A DNA stretch of 46,345 nucleotides from a phage, in the sequence record LC918680.1. One strand, written 5' to 3'. The notes beneath the pieces were generated by a model. It saw only the letters and a list, made by a program, of their open reading frames with translations, ran no database searches and was not told where the DNA came from. Numbering within the stretch: the first letter of the stretch is position 1; the number at the start of each line of letters is the position of its first letter. Below, one piece after another: positions 9,457 through 19,091 of the stretch. The position numbers and the translations under genes are program-made.

Positions 9457-9770
9457 AACGCGCAGTATACTTACAATACCAGTCACCGCCAACGGATGCT
9501 GAACTCGAAGCTATCGGAATGAAACGTTCCGATTATGAAGGTGAGGAGCCTGAAGAGTTATACTTCGATGAAACAATGATGCAAAGCTGGGATGTGTACT
9601 GTGCCATGTCAACTCAATGGCGAGTAGGGGCTTGCGGTGCCACAGGCCTTGATTATAATTGCCTTCCATTCTTATTCAAAGTCTATAAAATAGATGATGA
9701 CGAAATGGTACTTAACGACATCAGAATACTTGAGGCTAAAGCCTTAGATATGATGAACGCCAAGAAATAG
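9447..9770 (+). CDS. tail assembly chaperone frameshift extension (lambda T-like; expressed as G-T fusion by -1 frameshift)
   Basis: Frame -1 relative to G is open from the slippery heptamer 9447-9453 through 9770 with no stop. Confidence 0.5.
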   Translation, partial: KKLKRAVYLQYQSPPTDAELEAIGMKRSDYEGEEPEELYFDETMMQSWDVYCAMSTQWRVGACGATGLDYNCLPFLFKVYKIDDDEMVLNDIRILEAKALDMMNAKK

Positions 9771-9795
9771 CCATCCTTCGGGGTGGCTTTTTTAT
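9770..9795 (+). terminator. intrinsic terminator/attenuator between G-T and tape measure gene
   Basis: GCCATCC-TTCG-GGGTGGC + TTTTTT. Confidence 0.65.
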
Positions 9796-9807
9796 TATGG
9801 AGACAAC

Positions 9808-12789
9808 ATGGCAACTAACGAAATTGCTGGTATCACGCTAGCCGTCGACGTAGCTCAGGTCGATAAGGGTACGCAATCCTTACAGAAATTCAGGCAAGCA
9901 AACGAGCAAGCTGCAACAGGCATTAATAGCTTCGTCAACGCCGAACTTGTAGCCAAGACTCAAGCAAGGGACACTGCAAGGCAGCTTGAGGAGCAGCGCA
10001 AATCTTTCGCATCACTTCAGCAAGCCATAGACCCAACCGCTGCTAAATTCCTGAAGTTGCAGAAAGCAGCAACAGATTTGGACAAAGCATTTGAATCCGG
10101 GATAGTTCCTGATGATGAATTCTTCAGGCTTGGCTCTGTTATTGAAACTCAAATCAATAAGCTAAACAGGTCTAAAGCCGCTCTTAGCGAAGAAGGCAGG
10201 GCTGCACTACAGGCATCAATAGATAAAGAGAAAGCAACAACAGCAGCGCAAAAGTTCATTCAATCTCTTGAGAACGAGGCGAATGCAGCAAGCCTGACAA
10301 GGACTGAACTTCTTCAGCTTAAGGCTGCTCAGCTAGGAGTTAGTGACCAGGCTGCACCGATTATCGACAGGATTGGAAAGGCTGCCGAGGCATCTGCGGT
10401 ACAATTGCAGAAGCAAAGCTCCGCTTTTGTTAAGTCTGGGCTTAGTGCCGGTCAATACAAGCAAGCAATTCGACAGCTTCCAGCGCAGATTACAGATATC
10501 GTTACATCTCTTGCTAGCGGCATGCCAATCTGGCTTGTAGCAGTCCAGCAGGGCGGTCAGATTAAGGATAGTTTTGGTGGTATCGGCAATACAGCAAGGT
10601 TTGCACTGGCAGCCATTAACCCATTAACGGCGGTTGTTGGGACTCTGGGTCTGGCTCTTGGGGCCTTGGGTATTGCTGCTTATCAGGCTGATAGGAGAGC
10701 ACGAGAGCTAGCAGCAACAATAACGCTGGTTGGAAACTCAACAATCACATCAACAGGGCAAATAAACCAGGTTGTTGATAGCATTGAGAGTTCCACGCTA
10801 GCCACGCGCGGACTCATCCAAGAGATAGCGAATAGTCTTGTAGCAAACGGTAATCTAACGCTTACGCAGATAGATAAGATAACCAAAGCAACTGCTCAGT
10901 GGGCAACTGTTACATCAACGGATTCAAAAACTATACTTGGGTACTTTGACAAGATCACAAAAGACCCGGTTAAAGGCCTTGCTGAGCTTGATAAGCAATT
11001 TAACTTCCTTCAGTCCGGACAGTTAAAACACATAGAGAACTTGAGGAAGACAGCAGGAGAGACAGAAGCTGTAACGGCAGCTACTGAGCTATTCGCTAAC
11101 GTTATGGAGAATAGGCTGGAAGATGTTGCGCTAAGCCTTAACCCCCTTGAAAGTGCATGGAATAGCTTCAGAAAGTTTGTAAGCGACATTTGGGATAGAA
11201 TCGGCAAGCGCACACTTGGTGCTCTTAACTTAATAACTGACGTTGTTGCTGGTACGATTGAGCAGATAAGGTCGTTTATAAACTCAGGCGACATTCTTCT
11301 TGGTGAATTTGCTATCGCTGCAACCAAGACGCTTCAGTCAATACCGGGGCTTGGTGATGTAGGTAACGGCATAATTGCTGAGCAGCAAAAGGTTGTCGAT
11401 GCAGCCAAGAAGCAAAACGAGGAGTTAGCAAAAAGCATCGCTGAGCGAGATGCTAGGATCAGAAAGGGAGAGATGGGATATGTTAAGGAAAACAGCGATA
11501 TCAACCTAACTGGCAACAAACCATCAACAGATAAGGAATTTGCAGCAAGAAGGAAGGCGCTAGCTGATGAGCTTGATGGGATAAAGAAAGCGAGGAGTGA
11601 GAGGAACAAGGCAGTAAAAGAAGAAAGGGATTTAACCTTATCTTATGAATCTGGCGTTCTTGCACTTCAGGCTCAGCTAAAGGTTTTACAAGAGCACAGG
11701 ACGATAAACGATGTAATAAGTAACGAACGCAAGCAGCTATTCCAGGAGGAAGCTAAGTTTGCAATACTTGAGCAAAGGAAAGCGGATGGTGCGCTTACAA
11801 AATCACAGGCTAAGCTACTTGCGCAGAAGAATATCATTCTTGAACAGGCTAAACAGAAGGCTGAACTTGGTGACCAGATTGTGCTTCAGGAGAGGTCAAA
11901 CAAGTTACTTGATGACAACCTTAAGAAGACAATACAGATTACCAATGAGGCGAAGAATGTTTCACTTGCTGCGGGTCTATCCGAAAGGGAGCGGCAAAGG
12001 GCAGGAGAACTTAAGGCGCTAGAGTCCAATCAGGTAAACAAGGGTGGCTCTGTAGATGATGTTGATTTCCAGAATCTGCTGGAAGCAAGAAAAGAATACT
12101 ACAGGCAGGAAGATAACCTAAGGTCAGACTGGCAAGCTGGTGTAACTTCAACGCTTGCTGACTTAACTGAGAAGTACACTGACTTCAACCAAATTGCTAA
12201 GGATTTGACTGTCGCAGCTTTTGATGGAATTACCGACCAGATTACAAACCTTGTAACCACTGGAGAAACTAATTTCAGGGAGTTCACGGCAAACATACTG
12301 AAAATGATTGCGAAAATTGCAACTCAGCTACTTTTGGTAAAGGCTATTGAATCTACAATTAAGAGCTTTGGTGGTGACACTGGAGCAGGTAGTGCCTTTG
12401 AGTCAATAAAGTCAGCAATTGGCTTTGCTGGTGGCGGCTACACTGGAGACGGCGGGAAGTATCAACCTGCTGGAACTGTGCACCGCGGTGAGTTTGTATT
12501 CACAAAAGAAGCTACAAGCAGGATTGGCGTTAAGAACCTGTACAAGCTAATGCGAGGTTATGCAAATGGCGGCGCTGTTGGTGGGCCCTCTGGCTATGCT
12601 AATGGTGGAGTTGTTGGTGGCACGAATGTCAGTGTTGGCGGCGTGACGGTTAACGTAAACTCTGGAATTGGTGGCGGAAATGATGCTAAGGCGATAGAAT
12701 CTGGAGTTAAGGTTATCGTTGCTGAGGAAATCAGCAAGTCATTCCAGCAGGGCGGAAGAGCCTTTGCTTATCTGAGGGGTTACAACTAA
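9808..12789 (+). CDS. tail tape measure protein
   Basis: 993-aa ORF, coiled-coil-rich, Gly-rich C-terminal region, follows G/GT chaperone pair. Confidence 0.9.
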   Translation: MATNEIAGITLAVDVAQVDKGTQSLQKFRQANEQAATGINSFVNAELVAKTQARDTARQLEEQRKSFASLQQAIDPTAAKFLKLQKAATDLDKAFESGIVPDDEFFRLGSVIETQINKLNRSKAALSEEGRAALQASIDKEKATTAAQKFIQSLENEANAASLTRTELLQLKAAQLGVSDQAAPIIDRIGKAAEASAVQLQKQSSAFVKSGLSAGQYKQAIRQLPAQITDIVTSLASGMPIWLVAVQQGGQIKDSFGGIGNTARFALAAINPLTAVVGTLGLALGALGIAAYQADRRARELAATITLVGNSTITSTGQINQVVDSIESSTLATRGLIQEIANSLVANGNLTLTQIDKITKATAQWATVTSTDSKTILGYFDKITKDPVKGLAELDKQFNFLQSGQLKHIENLRKTAGETEAVTAATELFANVMENRLEDVALSLNPLESAWNSFRKFVSDIWDRIGKRTLGALNLITDVVAGTIEQIRSFINSGDILLGEFAIAATKTLQSIPGLGDVGNGIIAEQQKVVDAAKKQNEELAKSIAERDARIRKGEMGYVKENSDINLTGNKPSTDKEFAARRKALADELDGIKKARSERNKAVKEERDLTLSYESGVLALQAQLKVLQEHRTINDVISNERKQLFQEEAKFAILEQRKADGALTKSQAKLLAQKNIILEQAKQKAELGDQIVLQERSNKLLDDNLKKTIQITNEAKNVSLAAGLSERERQRAGELKALESNQVNKGGSVDDVDFQNLLEARKEYYRQEDNLRSDWQAGVTSTLADLTEKYTDFNQIAKDLTVAAFDGITDQITNLVTTGETNFREFTANILKMIAKIATQLLLVKAIESTIKSFGGDTGAGSAFESIKSAIGFAGGGYTGDGGKYQPAGTVHRGEFVFTKEATSRIGVKNLYKLMRGYANGGAVGGPSGYANGGVVGGTNVSVGGVTVNVNSGIGGGNDAKAIESGVKVIVAEEISKSFQQGGRAFAYLRGYN

Positions 12790-12820
12790 TTAACGGGGCT
12801 TCGGCCCCTAAGGATTTTAA

Positions 12821-13171
12821 ATGGCATTGCAAACATTTAACTGGTGCTTGAACGTTCTCAACGGTGGATCATTATTTAGTAACAAGAACAACGTTAGAAT
12901 TGTATCCTTTGGCAACGGCTTTGAACAAAGGGGTACTGGAGGATACAGGACAAACAAAAGGACGTATACGGTTAGCTACGTTGGTCGTGAGTGGGAGGCA
13001 GTAATGAACTTCTGCTTTGATCACATTGTAAAACCTTTCGCATGGACTACGCCACAGGGTGAATTAAAGCTGTTTGTTATTCAGCAGGATAGTATCAGCG
13101 TCACTCCTAGCACAAAAGAAGTCCAGACTGTTAGCATGCAATTTACTGAAGTTTTTACTTCAATGGGTTAA
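12821..13171 (+). CDS. minor tail protein (lambda M-like)
   Basis: 116-aa ORF directly after tape measure gene. Confidence 0.6.
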   Translation: MALQTFNWCLNVLNGGSLFSNKNNVRIVSFGNGFEQRGTGGYRTNKRTYTVSYVGREWEAVMNFCFDHIVKPFAWTTPQGELKLFVIQQDSISVTPSTKEVQTVSMQFTEVFTSMG

Positions 13172-13175
13172 ACTA

Positions 13176-13199
13176 AGGCCCATAGAGGGCCTTTTTTAT
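13176..13199 (+). terminator. intrinsic terminator candidate
   Basis: AGGCCC-ATAGA-GGGCCT + TTTTTT. Confidence 0.65.
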
Positions 13200-13209
13200 T
13201 GGAGAGAAT

Positions 13210-13965
13210 ATGGCAAGTTTAAAGTTTGAAAACCAGCTTCAATCACTTTTTCCTGGTGAAGTGGTTACGCTTATTGAGGTTGACGGAAGTAAATTCGGGG
13301 CAAGGGTTTACAGGTTTCATGGGGAGAACATCTCATACACGCCTGAAGAAATCATGCAAGCCCAAGCGTCCGGCCAGCCACTACCATCCAAGACAATCAC
13401 TTTCCGTGGAGAAGAGTATGGAGCCAGGCCTTTCGGTATTAGCGGCATTAATCTTACTTCTGACGGCAAAGCAAACAAGCTCACGCTAATTTTATCAAAC
13501 GTAGACCAGGCTGTTTCCGCGCTAATACGTCAGTATAATGGCATGGTTCAGGCTAAGGTGACAATTTGGGTTACTATCAGGGATAATATCAATGAGGACG
13601 GCAGCATTGCAGATGGTGATTATCGTAAGATGGTTTACTTTATTGAGCGTCCAAAGCAGGTTGACTACAAAACTGCCTCTTTTGAGTTATCTAGCCCAAT
13701 TGATATGGATGGCATTTATATTCCAGCGAGGTTAGTCCAGTCAGTATGCTACTTCGCTTCCCGTGGCTGGTATCGTAGTGGTAACGGTTGTGATTATGCC
13801 GGGAATCGATACTTTGATAAAGACAATAATCCGGTTGATGACCCTGGCCTGGATTTCTGCGCCGGAACTGTTGATGCATGTAAGTTAAGGTTTGGTGAAA
13901 ACAACCAGCTATCATTTGGAGGTTGTGCCTCTGCTAGCTTGCAAGCCAAGAATAACCAGAACTAA
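13210..13965 (+). CDS. minor tail protein (lambda L-like)
   Basis: 251-aa ORF with C-terminal Cys cluster resembling the gpL Fe-S cysteines. Confidence 0.65.
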   Translation: MASLKFENQLQSLFPGEVVTLIEVDGSKFGARVYRFHGENISYTPEEIMQAQASGQPLPSKTITFRGEEYGARPFGISGINLTSDGKANKLTLILSNVDQAVSALIRQYNGMVQAKVTIWVTIRDNINEDGSIADGDYRKMVYFIERPKQVDYKTASFELSSPIDMDGIYIPARLVQSVCYFASRGWYRSGNGCDYAGNRYFDKDNNPVDDPGLDFCAGTVDACKLRFGENNQLSFGGCASASLQAKNNQN

Positions 13966-13975
13966 GGAGTCTAAA

Positions 13976-14734
13976 ATGCTTACACCAAAAGTTAAACTAG
14001 AAATCATGCGCCACGCAAAAGAGGATTACCCAAACGAGTGCTGCGGCGTAGTCACCCAAAAAGGCATGGCACAAAAATACCATAGAATCACCAACGCATC
14101 GAAAGACCCTGAAAATGAGTTCATTCTTGACGCCAGTGAGTACATGAATATTGTCTTTAATCTTGGCTACAGCGAGTCAATTGTTTACGTAGCTCACTCA
14201 CACACTGGAGATGGTGCAACTACAAGGCCTAGCCCGGCAGACATATGCAGTTGCAATGAGTGCGAGATTCCATATGTCATCGTTAGTTACCCGGAAGGAG
14301 ATCTGCGAATCCTTGAACCAGTTGATATGCCGCTAGCAGGAAGACCGTGGGGTTTGGGTAGCTTCGATTGCTGGGGATTGATAATGTCATTCCACGCAAA
14401 ACACGGCGTTAAACTGGCTGATTACCGCGTTAATTATCCATGGTGGAACAAGGAGTATGGCGAAAATATCTATGACGAGAATTGGATTAAGGAAGGATTT
14501 GAGCTAGTAGAAACTGATGATATTCCAGTTGGCTCCATGATTATGATGCAGATTCAAAGTGAGACGACAAACCACGCAGGAATCTACATTGGAGATAACA
14601 AGTTCCTGCATCACCTTTACGGAAAGATGAGTAAAGTAGATACTTATAGCGATTACTGGCGCGAGCGCACGGTTCGAATCGTTCGCCACAAAGATTTACC
14701 AGAAGGAGCAAATTACAATGCAGAGACTGATTAA
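13976..14734 (+). CDS. tail assembly protein (lambda K-like; MPN/JAB + NlpC/P60 domains)
   Basis: JAMM-like HSHTGDGATTRPSPAD and NlpC/P60 Cys (FDCWGL) and His (HAGIYIG); ATG 13976 with AAGGAG upstream (track start 13892 is upstream alternative). Confidence 0.75.
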   Translation: MLTPKVKLEIMRHAKEDYPNECCGVVTQKGMAQKYHRITNASKDPENEFILDASEYMNIVFNLGYSESIVYVAHSHTGDGATTRPSPADICSCNECEIPYVIVSYPEGDLRILEPVDMPLAGRPWGLGSFDCWGLIMSFHAKHGVKLADYRVNYPWWNKEYGENIYDENWIKEGFELVETDDIPVGSMIMMQIQSETTNHAGIYIGDNKFLHHLYGKMSKVDTYSDYWRERTVRIVRHKDLPEGANYNAETD

Positions 14735-15293
14735 GGTTAAGCTTGGCTTGTCACTTGGCAGAAGGTACGGGAAAGTCCATGAGTTGTGCGTGGAGTCTGT
14801 ACCGGAAGCACTTCGAGCATTATCGGTAAACATTCCAGCATTTAAAGAGTTCATGCAAAGCCATGCTGGACAAAGGACTAGGTTCGCAATATTTGCTGAC
14901 GGGAAGAACCTTAATGAACATCGTATCAAGGATTTTAAGGTAGTTGGTGAGATTCGTATTATGCCAATACCTCAAGGAAGAAAAAGCGGAGGGTTATTCC
15001 AGACAGTAATAGGTGCGGCGCTCATTGGTGCTAGCTTCTTCCTTACTGGTGGTATTGCAACCGCTGTTCTTGGTGCTGGTATCTCACTAGCTGCTGGCGG
15101 TGTAGCTCAGTTACTTTCCCCACAAGCAACTGGATTAAAGACGCAGGAGTCTGCGCAAAACAGGGCTTCATACGCATTCGGGTCGGCTGTTAACACTGTA
15201 GCTGCTGGATACCCAATATGTTTGCCATACGGTTATCGAAGTGTTGGCGGCTCTGTATTTAGTGCTGGGAGTTACTCAGAAGATATCGCTTAA
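14718..15293 (+). CDS. tail assembly protein (lambda I-like)
   Basis: 191-aa ORF with Gly/Ala-rich hydrophobic C-terminal half, between K-like and J-like genes; strong terminator downstream. Confidence 0.6.
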   Translation: MQRLIKVKLGLSLGRRYGKVHELCVESVPEALRALSVNIPAFKEFMQSHAGQRTRFAIFADGKNLNEHRIKDFKVVGEIRIMPIPQGRKSGGLFQTVIGAALIGASFFLTGGIATAVLGAGISLAAGGVAQLLSPQATGLKTQESAQNRASYAFGSAVNTVAAGYPICLPYGYRSVGGSVFSAGSYSEDIA

Positions 15294-15298
15294 ATTAA

Positions 15299-15324
15299 GA
15301 CCCGCCTAGTGCGGGTTTTTTATT
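15299..15324 (+). terminator. intrinsic terminator before J-like gene
   Basis: ACCCGC-CTAGT-GCGGGT + TTTTTT. Confidence 0.7.
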
Positions 15325-15333
15325 TAGTGTAGA

Positions 15334-18300
15334 ATGGCACAAATGGTCAAAACAAATGCGGAGCTATGTGATATGGCGGAAGAAATTAAGATTTATGGAA
15401 GTAAGGGCGGACAGCCAAAGCAGCACCAACCTGTAGAGCAGCCTGATAACCTGATATCCGTAAACAAGGTTAAGGTTTTGCTAGCTGTTTCTGATGGTGA
15501 GGTTGATAGCTCATTCTCCCTAAAGGACCTTTACCTTGCTGACGTTCCTGTACAGAACCAGAATGGCACATACAACTACGAGGGTGTAACGGCAGAGTTT
15601 CGCCCTGGCACACAGAGTCAGGATTACATTGCCGGGCTAGAGGGTGCTAGCTCGGAAGTGCAAGTGAACAGGGAGATTAAAAACTCAACTCCTTACATCA
15701 TTGCTGTTAATAACACCCAGCTATCAGCGATTAGGGTTAAGCTGTTTTGGCCTCGTCTGATTAATCAGGAAAGTAACGGAGATCTTAACGGTACCACTTG
15801 CGAGTATGCGATTGACCTGTCCGTTGATGGCGCTACATACACTGAGTACACGCGCGGAGTAGTTAATGGCAAGACAACTAGCGGGTACGACAGAAGTATC
15901 AGGGTTAACCTTCCTGCTGAGTTCTCGAGTGCGTTGGTGAGGGTTCGTAAGATCACGGCAGATTCAGAAAGTTCGACGCTGGTTAACGACATGCAAATTA
16001 CGACCTATCAGGAAGTAATTGATGCTAAATTCCGCTACCCACTTACAGCTCTGGTTTACGTTGAGTTCAGTTCTGACCTCTTCCCTAACGGAATCCCGAC
16101 GATTTCAATCAAGAAGAAGTGGAAGTTGATTCGCGTTCCAACTAACTACAACCCAGAGACAAGGACTTACAGCGGAACCTGGAACGGCACCTTTAAGATG
16201 GCGTATTCCAATAACCCGGCGTGGGTTCTTTACGACTTGGTGACGAATCAGCGTTACGGACTTGACCAGCGAGAGCTTGGCATTACTATTGATAAGTGGG
16301 GTCTGTATGAGGCGGCGCAATTCTGTGACCAGATGGTTCCAGATGGTAAGGGTGGAGTTGAGCCGCGCTACCTGTGTGATGTTGTCATTCAGCAGAAAGT
16401 TGAAGCATATCAGGTAATCCGTGATATTTGCTCTATCTTCCGTGGGCTGACATTCTATGACGGCGAGCAGATAGGGATTGTTGTCGATAAGCCGCGTCAA
16501 CCATCGTACGTATTCACCAATGACAACGTTGTTGATGGATTGTTCAACCGTACATTTGGTAGCGATAAGTCACTTTACACGGTTGCCAACGTTCAGTTTG
16601 ATGACGTTGAAAACTCATACCAACAGGATGTTGAGCCAGTATTCGAGTTAGAGGCAACAAGGCGTTTTGGTTACAACCCGGTCGACCTTACAGCTATTGG
16701 ATGTACTCGCAGGAGTGAGGCAAACCGCCGCGGGCGCTGGTTATTAAAGACGAACATTCGCAGCGAGACTATTAGTTTCACTACTGGTCTGGAAGGTATG
16801 ATTCCAATGATTGGTGAGGTTATTGCAGTTAATGACCAGGCATGGTCTAGCAACTACACCCTTAACCTTTCTGGTCGTATCGAGTCAGTAAGTGGGTTGC
16901 AAGTTTTTGTGCCATTTAAGATTGATGCTACTGCTGGCGACAGGATTCTAATAAACAAGCCTGATGGAATGCCAGAGTACAGGACCATTGCATCTGTATC
17001 TGAAGATGGTATGACGCTTCAACTTAATACAGCGTTTAGCTTTACTCCTCAGCCTGACACAGTATTTGCGATTGATAAGGAAAATCTTGCTCTTCAGCAA
17101 TATGTTGTGACCGGTATTCAAAAAGCAGACAGCGATGGAGATGATGCGTTTGGTTACACGATTACCGCAGTTGAGTACGACCCGAACAAATACGACGAGA
17201 TTGATTACGGCGTAAACATTCAGGACAGGCCAACTTCAATCGTGGAGCCAGATACATTACTGGCACCCGAGAATGTTCAGGTTAGCAGTTACAGTAAGGT
17301 TGTTCAGGGTTTATCAGTTGAGACAATGGTAATCACGTGGGACAAGGTTCAGTACGCGAAAACCTACACGGTCCAGTGGCGCAAGGAGAACGGAAACTGG
17401 ATTAACGTGCCGCGCACAGCAAGCACAGAGGTTGATATTGAAGGTATCTATGCCGGAATTTACCAGGTTCGCGTAAGGGCCGTTTCTGATACTGAAAACG
17501 TATCCGCATGGTCTGACATTGTTTCAGTAAGCCTCACAGGCAAGATTGGGACCCCTTCTTCACCTACAGTAATCACCGCTTCAGATGATGAAATATTCGG
17601 CATTAGGGTTAAGTGGGGATTTCCTGAAAACTCAGCCGATACGTCATACACTGAATTGCAGCAAGTAGCCGACAATGGTGATGGTACTTATACACCAGAG
17701 AATGCTAGCCTTCTGACTCTGGTGCCTTACCCGAGTTACGAGTACTGGCATACTACACTTCCTGCTGGAAAGGTCATCTGGTACAGGGCGCGACTGATTG
17801 ACAAGATTGGTAACGTCTCACCATGGACTGATTTTGTAAGGGGTATGGCAAGCGATGATGTGTCGTCAATCATTGGTGATATTAAGGTTGATATAGAAAA
17901 CTCAGATGGGTTCAAGTATCTCCAGCAGAATGCCATTGAGTCAAACGGAGCTATTCAGGCGCAAGCGGAATCAATAATTGAGAACGCCCTGGCTAATGAT
18001 GGTGACGTGCGTAGAATGACGAAGGAAAACGGCAAGAGGAAGGCCGAATTTGTTCAGGCTGTGAATCTTATCGCCGATGAAGAAAGGGCTCGCGTAGAGG
18101 CTCTGACGCAGCTTAAGGCGCAGATTGATGATGAGATTGTAGCTTCATTGACAAGGATTGATACGGCGCTAGCGGAAGAGACGCAAGCAAGGACCACTGC
18201 GGACACTGCTTTATCTGCAAGGCTAGGTGATAATGAGGCTGCGTTAAATGAGAAGCTGGACACTTACGTTACTGCCGATTCAATTGGTGCTCAGTACGGG

Positions 18301-18729
18301 ATTAAACTTGGCCTCAAATACAATGGCGTTGAGTACAGTTCTGGCATGAGTATGGAGCTAACTGGTTCTGATGGCAATGTTCGTAGTCAGGTCATCTTTG
18401 ATGCTAACAGGTTCGCAATCAGTAACGGTGTTAGTTCAGGTTCCGGTCAGTGGTCATTGCCTTTCGTAGTTGAGAATAACCAGGTATTCATCCAAAGCGC
18501 GGTAATTCAGGATGGTTCAATTACTAACGCGAAGATTGGTAACTCGATTCAGTCAAACAACTACGTTGCTAACTCGCAGGGCTGGAGTTTAAACAAAGCT
18601 GGGACATTCGAGAATAACGGCTCAACTGCTGGCGAAGGTAAGATGAAGCAGACGAACCAAACAATTTCGGTTGCGGATGCTAATGGAAGGCTTCGTGTTC
18701 AGATTGGTCGTTTAACTGGCACATACTAA
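15334..18729 (+). CDS. tail tip/central fibre host-specificity protein (lambda J-like)
   Basis: 1131-aa ORF at end of tail module, larger than any other non-tape-measure ORF. Confidence 0.85.
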   Translation: MAQMVKTNAELCDMAEEIKIYGSKGGQPKQHQPVEQPDNLISVNKVKVLLAVSDGEVDSSFSLKDLYLADVPVQNQNGTYNYEGVTAEFRPGTQSQDYIAGLEGASSEVQVNREIKNSTPYIIAVNNTQLSAIRVKLFWPRLINQESNGDLNGTTCEYAIDLSVDGATYTEYTRGVVNGKTTSGYDRSIRVNLPAEFSSALVRVRKITADSESSTLVNDMQITTYQEVIDAKFRYPLTALVYVEFSSDLFPNGIPTISIKKKWKLIRVPTNYNPETRTYSGTWNGTFKMAYSNNPAWVLYDLVTNQRYGLDQRELGITIDKWGLYEAAQFCDQMVPDGKGGVEPRYLCDVVIQQKVEAYQVIRDICSIFRGLTFYDGEQIGIVVDKPRQPSYVFTNDNVVDGLFNRTFGSDKSLYTVANVQFDDVENSYQQDVEPVFELEATRRFGYNPVDLTAIGCTRRSEANRRGRWLLKTNIRSETISFTTGLEGMIPMIGEVIAVNDQAWSSNYTLNLSGRIESVSGLQVFVPFKIDATAGDRILINKPDGMPEYRTIASVSEDGMTLQLNTAFSFTPQPDTVFAIDKENLALQQYVVTGIQKADSDGDDAFGYTITAVEYDPNKYDEIDYGVNIQDRPTSIVEPDTLLAPENVQVSSYSKVVQGLSVETMVITWDKVQYAKTYTVQWRKENGNWINVPRTASTEVDIEGIYAGIYQVRVRAVSDTENVSAWSDIVSVSLTGKIGTPSSPTVITASDDEIFGIRVKWGFPENSADTSYTELQQVADNGDGTYTPENASLLTLVPYPSYEYWHTTLPAGKVIWYRARLIDKIGNVSPWTDFVRGMASDDVSSIIGDIKVDIENSDGFKYLQQNAIESNGAIQAQAESIIENALANDGDVRRMTKENGKRKAEFVQAVNLIADEERARVEALTQLKAQIDDEIVASLTRIDTALAEETQARTTADTALSARLGDNEAALNEKLDTYVTADSIGAQYGIKLGLKYNGVEYSSGMSMELTGSDGNVRSQVIFDANRFAISNGVSSGSGQWSLPFVVENNQVFIQSAVIQDGSITNAKIGNSIQSNNYVANSQGWSLNKAGTFENNGSTAGEGKMKQTNQTISVADANGRLRVQIGRLTGTY

Positions 18730-18739
18730 CTGATAAAAT

Positions 18740-18760
18740 AGGCAAATGGATTTGCCTTTA
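18740..18760 (+). terminator. hairpin/weak terminator after J-like gene
   Basis: AGGCAAA-TGGA-TTTGCCT then TTTATAAAT. Confidence 0.4.
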
Positions 18761-18776
18761 TAAATAGGAGTAAATT

Positions 18777-19091
18777 ATGGCTGAGTATGGAATTGCAACA
18801 TATGACGCGAACGGTAATTACAATAACTACGGGATTAGACCTGTAACAGTTGTTGGTAATATCTCGCTTGCTAATGGACAGACATCTGGTAGCTACAGCT
18901 TTACGATACCAGCAGGTACTAAGGTTAATTTCGTCGTCGCGACTCAATCTGACTCGCTAATTAGCTACACCAATAAGCGTTTAATATCCGCATCTGGAAA
19001 TACGATAAATATATCTGCAACAACAGGATATGGTAACGGCGTTACATCCACTGGTGCTTCTAATGTTATTGTCTTTCTGGAGAATGCGTAA
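18777..19091 (+). CDS. hypothetical Ser/Thr/Asn/Gly-rich protein (putative fibre-associated)
   Basis: 104-aa ORF immediately after J-like gene; composition resembles the next ORF. Confidence 0.45.
   Translation: MAEYGIATYDANGNYNNYGIRPVTVVGNISLANGQTSGSYSFTIPAGTKVNFVVATQSDSLISYTNKRLISASGNTINISATTGYGNGVTSTGASNVIVFLENA

Noticed and set aside
10343-12296. Several 60-105-aa ORFs on either strand inside the tape measure gene
   Set aside because: Fully embedded in a long, well-supported CDS; typical shadow ORFs with no independent signals.
12795-12808. GGGGCTTCGGCCCC hairpin after the tape measure gene as an intrinsic terminator
   Set aside because: No adjacent U-run (followed by TAAGGATTTTAA); probably only a stabilising hairpin or weak pause site.
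15765-18263. Antisense and alternative-frame ORFs inside the J-like gene
   Set aside because: Embedded shadow ORFs in a 1131-aa CDS; no RBS or terminator context.
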